Shown here one piece after another: positions 1-11,359 of a stretch of 64,000 nt of DNA. Position numbers and translations under genes: made by a program. A model generated the notes under the pieces. It saw only the letters and a program-made list of their open reading frames with translations, was not told the origin of the DNA and made no database searches. The stretch is from Sphaerodactylus townsendi (Eukaryota). The stretch is taken from NCBI RefSeq assembly GCF_021028975.2, contig NC_059428.1, positions 148,304,001-148,368,000 on the forward strand, given 5' to 3'. How positions within the stretch are numbered: the stretch's first letter is position 1; each line of letters opens with the position of its first letter.

Positions 1-191
1 CCACAACAACCTTGTGAGGTAGGTGGGGCTGAGAGAGTTCGGAGAGAACTGTAACTAGCTCAAAGTCACCCAGGAGTGGGGAAATAAATACAGTTCACCA
101 GATAACAGTCCTCTGTTCATATGGAGGAGCGGGGAATCGAACCCAGTTCTCCAAGTTAGAGTCTACTGCTCTCAACCACTACACCACGCTG
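1..191 (-). mobile_element. tRNA-derived squamate SINE, partial
   Basis: Reverse complement of the SINE family seen at 2668 and 28030. Confidence 0.75.
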
Positions 192-399
192 GTTCCCAAT
201 GAGGGGGCAACCTTTTTAAAACTGAGACAGAATTTTTATCCCCCAGAAAGCAGGAAGGATAAGCAGGAGAGAAACAAAGATGTTTGGAGCTGCTACATCA
301 TGTGAGTACGAGTCTAGGATGGAGGACACTTTGTGGAACCTCGAGGGTGTTAAAAGAACCCTTCCAAATCCAGAAATTTGCCTTCCCACAGATTATTAC

Positions 400-3300
400 C
401 TGCGATGATCAGTTTTGGGTGGAACAGGCGGGCGTTCTCCTCCAGACGGTCATAGTCGATATATCCCGTCTCAGGGTTGACCTGGAGGCACGGACAAGAG
501 GTGAAATGAACCAGGGCCCTGTTCCCAGCTCAGGCAGGTTTTTGTATTTCTGCATTTGCAGAGGGGTTTCGGCAGGTTTTCCCCCCAGTACTGTCAGTAA
601 ACATCCGGTGGCCTTTTTTACCTGCACGGCTGTTTCTGAATAAAGAAATTTGCTAAAACAGAAGCGCTTTCCCTGAACAGCCCAGGGTCGTGGTGGCGAA
701 CCTTTGGCACTCCAGATGTTATGGACTGCAATTCCCATCAGCCCCTGCCAGCATGGCCAATTGGCCATGCTGGCAGGGGCTGATGGGAATTGCAGTCCAT
801 AACATCTGGAGTGCCAAAGGTTCGCCACCACTGGTCCAGGGGGTCCTGAGAGAACCAATATTGTCTAGCGGATAAGACTTGTTATTTCGATGGATTCTCA
901 TCATATTCCGTTTTTTCTCCATTGTGGAACTCAACAAGGCATAGAGAGAGGATTCGCTGAAGTACCCCTAACTGCGGAGTGACCAGGTGCCCACAAATCC
1001 ATATCCCACAATTACCCATTATCAGGTTTGAATTATTCTTAGACTTTGTGACGGATTCAGATCTGACTAGTCCAATTTTAACCAACATAAGAACATAAGA
1101 ACAAGCCATCTGGATCAGACCAGAGTCCATCTAGCCAGCACTCTGCTCCTCGCAGTGGCCCACCAGGTGCCTTTGGGAGCTCACGTGCAGGATGTGAAAG
1201 CAATGGCCTGCTGCTGCTGCTGCTCCTGAGCACCTGGTCTGTTGAGGCATTTGCCATCTCAGATCAAAGGAGATCAAGATTGGTAGCCATACATCGACTT
1301 CTCCTCCAACAGTCATGCTTCATGTTACAGAAACCTAATGGTTTGTGCAGGGTCCTTTCTGAAAGGGCAGAACTCGAATTCAGATTGCCAGGACACAGAA
1401 CAGCACCATACAGCACAGATTACAGCCTACCTTGTACGGCATGGATTCGAAGAAGATCGAGGTGGCCGAGATCTTCTTCTTGTCTGTCATGAAGCCATGT
1501 GTCAGGTGGCCCCCGTCGGGCAAATCCAGCCCCATGATTCTGCCGTGAGGTTCCACCAAGGCGGTGTATACGGCAAAGTTTGCGGGAGACCCTGAGGCCG
1601 AAAGAAAACCCTGAGCGCAAAGGAGCCGGAGGAAGGAATTTACAATTCCATCCTAAACAGAGGTTGCTCTCTGTCCGTCACTCTGCACGCCCACAGCATT
1701 TGGGACACCATCCAAGAACAGATTGCCNNNNNNNNNNNNNNNNNNNNNNNNNNNNNNNNNNNNNNNNNNNNNNNNNNNNNNNNNNNNNNNNNNNNNNNNN
1801 NNNNNNNNNNNNNNNNNNNNNNNNNNNNNNNNNNNNNNNNNNNNNNNNNNNNNNNNNNNNNNNNNGCCGCTCTACTGAAACACTCAGAGCAGCTCACAAC
1901 ATCCATATAACACAATAAAAAAATAAAATCAACGATTTACTCAATCCGTAACTAATTATTAAAAACCACCTACTAACAAGCTAAAATGTTTACATGCGAT
2001 CGATAAAATCCTGACATGCTCCAACCCTACTCAGAGAGTCAGGCAAAGTATAGATTGACACAAACCACTGTTGGGGACCCCAGCTTATACCCAGGAAATG
2101 TTGTTGATCGCTAAGGTGCCACTGGACTCAAATCTTGATCTTTCTACTTCAGGCAAACAACACAGTCACCCAACGAAAAGTTTCCACATACAAGGCCCTG
2201 AGTCGTAAAACCTTTCCATTCATTTTTAGGGCGATGGGGTGACAGGGTCATTCTCACACTCAAAGTATGGAATACGGCCACCCCCTGCCGTCACTTTCTG
2301 GTTCTGTTCCGGTTGCCTCAAATGAACATAAACGATCCCAAGCCCATAATCGAAGGACTGGATCGGGGCATACCTGAGTAGGGCTGAACGTTGACTCCCC
2401 ACTTCTGCGGGTCCAACCCGTAAGCCTCCAGAGCCCTCTTTTGGCACAGCCTCTCCAATTCGTCCACAAACTCCGTCCCGCCGTAGTATCTGAAGAGGAG
2501 GACATTTGACCCGGAAGGCGGTTTAATTGAATCACAGAAGTGACTCTGGGCTGTCCGTTTGTGTTTGGGCGCAGCTATCCAGACCGCAGATTCAGAATGA
2601 GGTGGTGGTTGGGACCGTTTCGGCTAAAGGAACCCCCTCGACTCTCTCTACAGTATCAATCCTCTTTAGCAGCAGTGGCGTAGTGGCTAAGAGCAGGTGT
2701 ACTCTAATCTGGAGGAAACAGGGTTTGATTCCCAGCTCTGCCGCTTGAGCTGTGGAGTCTTATCTGGGGAATTCAGATTAGCCTGTGCACTCCCACACAC
2801 GCCAGCTGGGTGACCTTGGGCTAGTCATAGCTCTACGGAGCTCTCAGCCCCACCCACCTCACAGGGTGTTTGTTGTGGCGGGGGGAGGGAAAGGAGTTTG
2901 TCAACCCCTTTGAGTCTCCTACAGGAGAGAAAGGGGGGATATAAATCCACCTCTTCTTTTACCAAAGGGGCTTAGCTTCTACCAGAGGGATAGGCGCCCT
3001 TAAAATTGTAGGATCACCTGTTACTCCTCTTCTATTCTGGCCTCATCGTAAGGATTAAACGGAGAATAATGGGTAAGCCATCTTGAGTCCCCGCTGGAGA
3101 GAAAAAAATATTTTGTTTTTGTGGGCGAGTTCTCTAAAGATACATTTGAACCACGAGGCACAGGAGGGGCATGCCAACTAACATCACCACCCCAGTTAGC
3201 ATCCTGCAAGAAACAACAGGTAACTTTTCTGTGTCCAGGTAAAACAGCACTGTCTTGGCCAGAATCCAAGAATCCCCTCGGCCCACCTTTGCCCTGGGTA

Positions 3301-4167
3301 GCCTTCTGAGTACTTGTTGTTCATACAGGAGCCCAAAGCTTCCAGGACCGCGCGACTCGCAAAATTCTCGGACGCGATCAGCTCCAACCCGAGTCGCTGC
3401 CGGCGCTTCTCCTTCCGGATAATCTCGTACACCTTTGAAAGAAGAGGAAATGAATTCTCACCCATCCCCAGAAGAAACTGCACATAACTGTTCAGTCGGT
3501 TGGGATCGGTTGCTGCGTCCGACCCGGGAGAATGCTGTAAGCCCCTTTGGGTCCCAAGGTATAAAAATATATAAAGTGTGAGATCATCTACTTATTTATT
3601 CAGGGAATTTTTTTAAAGGACTGAAATACTGTTATGTCCAAGATGAGATCTGAACTGGGGGTTTTCCACCCGAACTTCTTAGCCAATTGTTACACCAGTT
3701 TTGGAAAATTAAACCAAATCACACCAAAGTCCCAGTTGGGGTGGGGTGGTGGGAGGAGGAGGAGAATAAGAACTGTGACACGCCCAAGGTTACCCAGCTG
3801 GCATGTGTTGGAGTGCACAAGCTAATCTAGCTCACCAAATAAGAGGGAATCAAACCCGGTTCTCCAGATTAGAGTGTACCTGCTCTTAACTACTACACAC
3901 ACTGGCTCTAGATTTTAGAGCCAAACCTGTTATGGATTTCTCAATGAATGGCGTCACTGTACCTATGTCAGTAACACCCTCCTGGAATCCCTCCCTGCAA
4001 TGCTAAGAGCTCATGACACAGACATCCTTTCAGTTCTTCTGCCAAAACCAATATGACCTCCTAACCTCGGGGTCGTTGGTGTCCAAGGGTTCCAGCACCA
4101 TCTTATTGTGAGAAGTCCAGAGATCTGGGCTGATACGATCGCCGTCAGCATTCGCAAAGTCAGCCAT
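400..4167 (-). CDS. SHMT1: Cytosolic serine hydroxymethyltransferase, 5' part (five coding exons; gene continues past the left edge)
   Basis: GT-AG exons 4167-4066 ([34 protein letters not shown]), 3432-3287 ([42 protein letters not shown]), 2489-2374 ([30 protein letters not shown]), 1591-1431 ([40 protein letters not shown]), 481-400 ([28 protein letters not shown]). Phases join in frame. The short N-terminus without a mitochondrial leader and the position near PRPSAP2 favour SHMT1 over SHMT2. Confidence 0.97.
688..833. mobile_element. Palindromic hAT-type MITE
   Basis: Near-perfect 146-bp palindrome centred on ggccaattggcc, with an imperfect 8-bp TSD gcccaggg/gtccaggg. Same family at 34764-34888, 53079-53222 and 56878-56962 (partial). 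Confidence 0.85.
1084..1310 (-). mobile_element. CR1-type LINE 3' end
   Basis: Terminal repeat (aacataag)n followed by ctggatcagaccagagtccatctag. Related copies at 40370-40510 and 54005-54208. Confidence 0.7.
2668..2958 (+). mobile_element. tRNA-derived squamate SINE, full length
   Basis: A-box tggcgtagtgg, B-box ggtttgattcc, core gggtgaccttgggctagtca and TTC-rich tail. Many near-identical copies in the window. Confidence 0.85.
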
Positions 4168-6139
4168 GGCTGTTTGCCCCCTCCTGGTCTATCATGGCAT
4201 GAAAAAAGAAAGAAAGCTTATGAGAGAGGATTTGCAGACCAAGTGGAAAAAAAAACACAGATTATTTTCAGCCTTTTAAAAATTATAATTTTTATAAATA
4301 TCTCTGTCAAACGGGACTTAAGTATATACCATAGCAATTCATTACAAATGAGCTTGGAATCTCGTAGGTTTACACGCTGGACACAAGTTCTGTTCTCACA
4401 GCAATTATTTGTGAATTTGAAAGTGGATTGAAAGCACATCAGTCTGCATGTGCGGAAGGGGCCATAGACAGTCTCAGACCATTATTCGAAACATCAGAAA
4501 ACACTAGTGCTCAAAATCATTCCCACTTAAAAAATAAATGGATCCTTGAAAATATGCTGTAGTAGGTGACTACAGTATACATAGGGATTATCTCTTTAAC
4601 AGTGCAGAATATTTTATAGTTCAATTTCATCCTACACATTTCCAGCGAGAAACACCTCGTTTCAAAACACATCTTGTTCATTCCAGCAGAGACAATATTT
4701 CACAGGAGTTTTTTGGTGCTTCCCCCAAGTTGATTGTCTGGATTTTTAAAAATTTCTCCCTGGAGGTTTTCACGTCTTTGCAAGAGATCTGAATGGATAG
4801 GCAGGTTAGCACAGGCAAAGGTAGACTTTTAGGACAAACGGGTTTGCTGGTGTCTGGCCCGTAAGTCAAACCTCAGCCCAAAGACAACCCAAGACAGCTC
4901 TTCTTCTTTGAGGGCCGCCAGCCAACGTGACCCTTGCCAGCGCAATAAAGCCAATGCCCTCTGCAAATACAAACCGCCCCATTTTAATCATTGACAGCTC
5001 AAGGATAGCAAAGGGTCAGGCAGAGTTGATTGGGCAACCCCTATTCGGGTGCAGCCCTCTGGCAGCTAAAGTCCATTTCGAAACTGAGGCTTCTTATTAG
5101 CAATTTCCAGGGGTCAGAGGTGCAGAAACAAAACTCAAGGTGTCCCAGAATTCCTCCTCTTAGAAACCCCTCGGATCGGGCCACGAAACAGGCCTTTGGC
5201 ATAGGTATCATCAAGCAAGAAGTTGGCAAATGGAGAGCCCCCACCCAATCCCCCAGCCACGGAAGCTTGCTAGGTGACCTTGCTCTCTCTCTCAGCCCGG
5301 CCTACCTTGCAGGAGTGTTTTGAGGATGAAACGGGGAAGGAGAGAATGCCGTTTTACCTGTTAGGGGGAAAAGCAGGCATTAAAAATCAACAAACATGAA
5401 GCAAATAGATTTCTGGATTTGTGTGGCGGTGAGGGTACGGGACTAGGACCCAGATTCGAATCCCTGCTCTGCCATGAAAGCTCGCTGGGTGAGCTTGGGC
5501 CAGTTTCATCCTCCCGGCTGCACTTACCTCGCAGGGTTGTTGCGAGGATAAAACAGAGGAGGGGAGAATGTTGTACGCTGCTTTGCTTAACAGGGAAAGC
5601 CGCAAACATAAATGCCATCTTGGGGCCGCTCTGAACAGATTTACTGTTTCTATGTCAGAAATGGCCAGCTGCCACATTCTTTAGCAGCCCCGTGTGACAG
5701 TCATGCGCGTGAATATTTCAAAAATCAGGTTTTTTTGGAAGCTGCATGCTCTAAATTTTCCTGGGTGGCAGCACACAGCCCAGCAAGATTTTCCAACAGG
5801 GGAAAAGAGGGGCTTGCCATTTATTGTTTTCGGAAAAGGAGCTAAACAAATTTGTGGACAATGAAACAAACCTCCACATTCAGAGGCAGTCTACCCTGCT
5901 TTACGGAAACCACAACAGAGGAAATGTTGGCTTCCGTGGCTAATTTGGGGGTTGGGGGGACCAACTGGCCCTTGGATCTGAGCCAGCCTTTGTTGTAATG
6001 TGCGCTGGCAGCAGCTGGTTGGCAGGATGTAAGCACACACACAACCTCCCTGCAGGCAGGTCAGTGTCTTTGCAAAAACAGGAGGAAGACAGCATCCTTG
6101 AGAGGCACAGGACAACTGCCCAGGACAGCAGCCCTGTTG

Positions 6140-6550
6140 CTTTTCCTTGTGGGGCATCTTTGGCAGCTGTAGAACAGGTAGATGTTCTACGGGGATAGTC
6201 CCCACCCCTAATGATGGTGGAAATCTTTCCCTTCTGAGCGTCTGCCTGCTACACAGATGCAGGCATGAGATGGCAGCAGAGGTCACCAGCCCAGCTGCTT
6301 ACCCAGGCAGGGCATCTTTGCTAGCTGTGGAGCAGGCAGATGTTCTCCAGGGATAGTAATGGTGGAAATCTTCCCCTTCTGAGCGTCTGCCTGCCATGCA
6401 AATGCAGGCATGCTATGAGTCTGACTTGCATGGACGCCACCCCCGTTGCTCCTCCTGACAGGGCATCTTTGACAGATGTGGGGCAGACAGCTGTTCTACA
6501 GGGAAAGTGATAGCGGAAATCTTCCCCTGCTGAGCGCCTGCCTCCCATGC
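6140..6550. repeat. Three diverged tandem copies of a ~155-bp unit in SHMT1 intron 1
   Basis: gggcatcttt..agctgt..gatgttct..gggatagt..ggaaatctt.ccc..ctgagcgtctgcctg recurs at ~6151, ~6310 and ~6461. Confidence 0.7.
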
Positions 6551-6655
6551 CCATGCGGGAAGGCTCTTGCCAGATTGCAGTCTGCAAAAGGGGGGGGGGG
6601 GTGAGAAAGGGCCCAGAGTTCTGCAAAAGACCCCAAAGAGACCATCCATCCTCAC

Positions 6656-6950
6656 CTGGGCTCCCAAAGGCTCCGTGCGCCGAAGAGACCCTGCAAAGAG
6701 AAAGCTCCGCCCCCGCCCCCCAGTCTTAAACGCTCGTGGCCGCGCGCCCCGGGAATGGAACGTTCAAGGGCTTGCCCCAGCGCGTCGCAGCCAATCAGCG
6801 CGCCTCTTCTCGGACCCGGGGGAGAGGGTGGTCTACCCCCTGCCAATCAGGAGAAAGAGACGCGCGCCGCCCTCTCCGCGCTTCACCGTGATTGGCTGGC
6901 GAAGTTTCTCCAGGCACGGAGCGTCCCCTTGGCCAGAACTGGGGCGGGTT
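6656..6950 (-). promoter_or_regulatory. SHMT1 CpG-rich promoter and non-coding exon 1
   Basis: CpG-rich patch with CCAAT boxes (ccaatcag ~6791 and ~6843, attgg ~6891) and GC boxes (ccgccc ~6707-6720, gggcggg ~6942). Minus-strand donor CCCAG|GTGAG at 6656/6655. Confidence 0.7.
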
Positions 6951-7159
6951 TGACCGTGCATCGTGCGAGAATTTGAGGAGCGCCTCTGAGCATGGACAGA
7001 GTATCTTCTCACCCTCCAACATAATTATTTCTAAAGGGCTAAAAGGGGGGAGTTTCAGACCATGTACAGAGTGCCTTTGATATGCAGCTAGAAAGTATAT
7101 TCAATTCAATTTTTAAAACGGTCATAGGCTAATAGGAAAAAACATTGCTAATGAACAAT

Positions 7160-7221
7160 AAAATTATATATATATAAATATAAAATACAGTACTATATAT
7201 ATATGTAATACAGTACAAATA

Positions 7222-7256
<35 letters not shown>

Positions 7257-7560
7257 AATAACATATACATTATGTCTCATAAATGAACAATCAAATGATT
7301 ATATTATACATTACTATATTATATATTATTATATTGAACATTACAAATGAACAATAACATATAATACATTATGCCTCACGAAAGAACAAAAATGATTATA
7401 TTGTACATTATTATATTATACATTACTATATTACTCATGAATCAACATTAACATATACATTATTATATTATACATCTTGAATGAACACTAGCATTATTAC
7501 ATATTATCATATTACCCATTACAAATGGATTATAACATTATTATATTATGCAACACTGAT
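7160..7560. repeat. AT-rich low-complexity tract including (TA)n
   Basis: (TA)n at ~7226-7252 and reiterated catta/tatta motifs. Confidence 0.8.
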
Positions 7561-8912
7561 TAGTAATGCATGTTTCTTTTTTAATTGGTCTATGACAGCA
7601 TTAAAAACTGAACAGCAAGCATATTAATATCCTTTTACGTCTCCCAGTTTTCCGCCTGTCTTTTTTTCTGTTGTCCTTCATTTGGTTTTTCTAAAGCGTG
7701 TCTCTAATTGTCGCTAATAGCTTTTAGGGGTCTCGGTTCTGTTTTAGCAACGGTCCAAACTTATGCTATTTCTGTTTGTTGCATTACTAGCTTGTCTGTC
7801 TTGTTGCAGTATTGTACAAACTCAGTCAAAACGTCAGCTTATTTACTTTCTTCATGTATAACCTGCTTTCCCCACACTGAAAATCTAAAGCGGTTTGCAT
7901 CATTACCCTCTCCTTTTTATCCTAATAACAACAGCCCTATAAGGTAGGGTAGGCTGAGAGTTCACAAGGCCCAAGGTCACCCAGCAAGCTTCCATGGCAG
8001 AGCAGGGATTCGAACCTGACACTGACTGCTATGCCATGATGGCTGTCTTAGTCTTCTGAACATCATAACATGGCATGGCTAAGAGGGCAGCCTTACTTCA
8101 GCTGCAGCAGCAAAATAAACCAGGGGTCCCACGCCACTTTAAAGACTAACAGCTTTTATTCTAGCAGAAGTTTTTACCCTGCACTTGGGCTTCCTCTGTG
8201 TGTGTGTGTGTGTGGGTGGGTGGGGAACCCTAAACTGGCCGAACTTCTTGAGAAAGGGCGTTCCAGGGACACGGGGCCACTCTGGAAAAGGCCCAGCATC
8301 TCCAAAGGGTCAAAATCAACAGATAATATATTGAGGAACAAGAGGCTGGAATAAATTAGATTCTCTGAATTCCCCGTAAACTCAAAGCTATGGAAAGAAG
8401 AAGAAAAGGACCAGCTAGTGTGAATCATCCTTGAGGAATCTCTCTCTCAGATCTCGACAGTCTGTGTTTTAAAAAGCATTGTGATAAGAATTATAACAGA
8501 AGACCAAAGGCGTTTCTCCCGGTGAGTCCTTCCATCTTTTACTTATCCAGTGACATTTCTTGGCATGGAATACAAATGTAGACGTTCGAGAGCATCTGAG
8601 GTTTGACAATAACTGGGAGGGATGCAGAGGAGAGATTGGGGGCAATTTTTATTTCCTTTCTGTAGCAGTAACTATCGATAAATTGGGTTGGTCTTTGCCA
8701 TTACTAAAGCGTTGGACCAGGATAGCAAATTTTAGGCTGGGCAAATCCCGAAGACCATTGACTTGAAAAATGACAGGTCTCTAGAAAAAAATGCACATTA
8801 CTCATTAATACATTTTGACCCCAAACGTCCAAATGGCAATCCTTTAGAAAACAAGAATAATTTTGCCATTGTTTCATGCCCGACATTGATGGAATTCAAG
8901 CGGAACTTTTTT

Positions 8913-9394
8913 TGTATTGTCAAAGGCTTTCATGGCCGGAATCACCGGGGTGTTGTGGGTTTTCCGGGTTGTATGGTCATGTTCCAGTAGCATTTTTTCC
9001 TTAGGAGAAATGGCCGTTGTGAAGAGTTCAGGAACATTCTGAAAGTGTCAGTTGGAGGATGTGGCTCAGAACACAAGAAGGGCAGTTAGTGAGTGAGGGT
9101 TTAACTGAAGCTGAAGCCCAGTTCGTTTTTTTTCCTGAAGTTTTCTTTTGTTAATTCGTTAGAGCAACTTGTAAGCTTGCCTGTTATATGTAATAAACTA
9201 CAAAAAAGAAGAAGTTTCTATGAGTGTATTGAATCAATAAGCAATTCAAGTAGAAGGGGACTGTATTGTCAAAGGCTTTCATGGCCGGAATCACCGGGGT
9301 GTTGTGGGTTTCCCGGGTTGTATGGTCATGTTCCAGTAGCATTTTTTCCTTAGGAGAAACGGCCGTACAACCCGGAAAACCCCCAACACCCCAG
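8913..9394. mobile_element. Two truncated Penelope-derived fragments forming a 105-bp direct repeat around a ~245-bp insert
   Basis: 8913-9017 matches 9262-9366 with two mismatches. The sequence matches the left arm of the elements at 16.7 kb and 60.8 kb. Confidence 0.65.
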
Positions 9395-9557
9395 GGACTT
9401 TTTCTCCTTGGCTAAAACTGTTCTAATTTTGATCCATCACATCAGCATTCACAATATTTCCATACCTGACACAGGACTGATATTCTTCTTCTTTCCTCAA
9501 AAGGTTTATTATTTGACGGCACATGCAAGGCCGCAAGGGTGGAAGGCTTTGCTGAAA

Positions 9558-10682
9558 ATGGAGAATGTCTCTTCTTCGCCCGTCTTCCCCAATGTCACCT
9601 CGGCTTATGAAAACACCACTCGGCACATCAGCGATTACCAGGGTGTCCAACGAATCCTGCACCTCCTATCCATGGTAGTCTATGGTGTCGCGTGTCTCCT
9701 GGGGGTGATGGGAAACGGTCTGGTCATCTGGATCGCGGGGTTCAAGATGAAGAGGACGGTGAACGCTGTGTGGTTCCTCAACTTGGCGGTGGCAGATTTC
9801 ATCTTCACGTTTTTCCTGCCCCTCAGCATCGCCTACACAGCTCTTGGCTTCCACTGGCCCTTTGGGAAACTGCTCTGCAAGTTGAACAGCACCGTCGCCT
9901 TTGTCAATATGTTCGCCAGTGTCTTCCTCCTGATGGTCATCAGCGTGGATCGGTGTGCCTCCGTGGTCTACCCGGTGTGGTCCCGAAACTACCGGACCCC
10001 CAAGCTGGCTTGTGTCATTGTATCGGGCGCATGGATTGCCGCTGTCGTCCTGAGCACCCCGTATCTCGTTTTCCGGGACACAGCAACTAATTCAAGGAAC
10101 GTGATCAGCTGCTACAATAATTTTGCTCTGTCCGGCGACTATGAAGCCGAGGAGGCCCGAAAGATCTGGCAGACAAGGCACAAGGCCATGATCATAACCC
10201 GGTTCCTGTTCGGCTTCTTCATTCCCTTTTCCGTGATCGTGGTCTGCTACGGCCTTGTTGCGTTCCGGATGAAGAGGAGGCGTCTGATCAAGTCGACCAG
10301 GCCTGTCCGGATCATCTTGGCCGTGACGGGGTCATTCTTCCTGTGCTATTTCCCTTACCACATCTTCTCTTTGCTGGAAATGGCCAAAGCATCTTCCGAT
10401 CACGAGCTCCAACTGGTTCTTTACATAGGGGTCCCTTTGGTGTCCAGCCTTGCATTCTTTAACAGCTGCATCAACCCAATACTCTACGTGTTCGTAGGGC
10501 AGAAGACATTCCGGCAGCCTATTATCTCGGCGTTCGAAGGGGCTTTTGGGGAGGATTCTCTCCTGGCCACCTTGTCCAGCAAGAGAAAATCGAGATCCAT
10601 TTCCCAGGCAGAGATTCAAATGCCAAATGGGTTACAACTTGTGCCCAATGGCCCATTGGAGCTGTCGCTGAGTTGCCATTGA
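9558..10682 (+). CDS. Chemerin-like receptor 1 (CMKLR1)-like class A GPCR, 374 aa, single coding exon
   Basis: Seven hydrophobic segments; motifs GNGLVIWIAGFKMKRTVN, WFLNLAVADF, HWPFG..CK, ISVDRC, SCYNNF, RFLFGFFIPF, CYFPYH and NSCINPILYVF. N-terminal sequons NVS/NVT/NTT. Acceptor ttctttcctcaaaag| at ~9503, probable 5' UTR donor at 8521/8522 (gtgagt), AATAAA at ~10999 and 11013. Orthology to CMKLR1 itself is not established. Confidence 0.92.
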   Translation: MENVSSSPVFPNVTSAYENTTRHISDYQGVQRILHLLSMVVYGVACLLGVMGNGLVIWIAGFKMKRTVNAVWFLNLAVADFIFTFFLPLSIAYTALGFHWPFGKLLCKLNSTVAFVNMFASVFLLMVISVDRCASVVYPVWSRNYRTPKLACVIVSGAWIAAVVLSTPYLVFRDTATNSRNVISCYNNFALSGDYEAEEARKIWQTRHKAMIITRFLFGFFIPFSVIVVCYGLVAFRMKRRRLIKSTRPVRIILAVTGSFFLCYFPYHIFSLLEMAKASSDHELQLVLYIGVPLVSSLAFFNSCINPILYVFVGQKTFRQPIISAFEGAFGEDSLLATLSSKRKSRSISQAEIQMPNGLQLVPNGPLELSLSCH

Positions 10683-11359
10683 CTTTCCTCGTTTGTATTT
10701 GGGCAACACTTTATTTCTCTGATCTGTGCTCCAGTTTGGGTCGCAAGAACGAAACCACACACAATATTTGACCTTCAGAATTTTCACATTTCTAACACAG
10801 AACTGCCTGAGAATCATCACGTAGGGTCTTTTGCGGTGCGTGTGAGTTCTCCAAATAATTTTATTCTAGTGGTCACCCGGACTATTTCAGTCAGTGGATG
10901 TAAATACAAGCAGTTTGAGCCAGGGCTGGACTTTATGAAGCATTGTACATTGCCCCTGCAGGTCAAGTCTGGTGAAAAGGCACAGTTGAAATATTTTAAA
11001 TAAAAGTACATTAATAAAGTGACCTGAAAGTCTCATGTAAAGACAAGAAAGTTAGGGGTTTGCGGCAATGCTACAGAAGGGAATTAAGATTTTAGTGTGT
11101 CTTTATCGCTTGTTGATTGGGGTGTGAGTGTGGGTGCATTTATTATATTTACAGGAATCTTTCAAAGTTTGGAGAGACTCTCACAAGGGGCCCTAACCTG
11201 ACCCTAATTAACTAATTGTTAAGAAATGTATCTGTTGGGAGATTTAGGGAGAGAATAAAAGCAAGACATATACTTTAAGCCAGGAGTCCCCAGCTTTTGG
11301 TGAACCTGGGAGTGGGAATTTTGAAAACACAATTCTAGAACATCACAATAGAGGATATT

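Noticed and set aside
690-875. Recurring [31 protein letters not shown]
   Set aside because: It is the translation of a palindromic MITE on both strands, not a protein.
2668-2750. tRNA genes at SINE heads
   Set aside because: Only A/B-box remnants joined to SINE bodies; no full cloverleaf.
9408-9557. 50-aa N-terminal extension of the GPCR in the ORF track
   Set aside because: It starts at TTG inside an intron, upstream of the acceptor at ~9503. ATG 9558 gives a normal receptor N-terminus.
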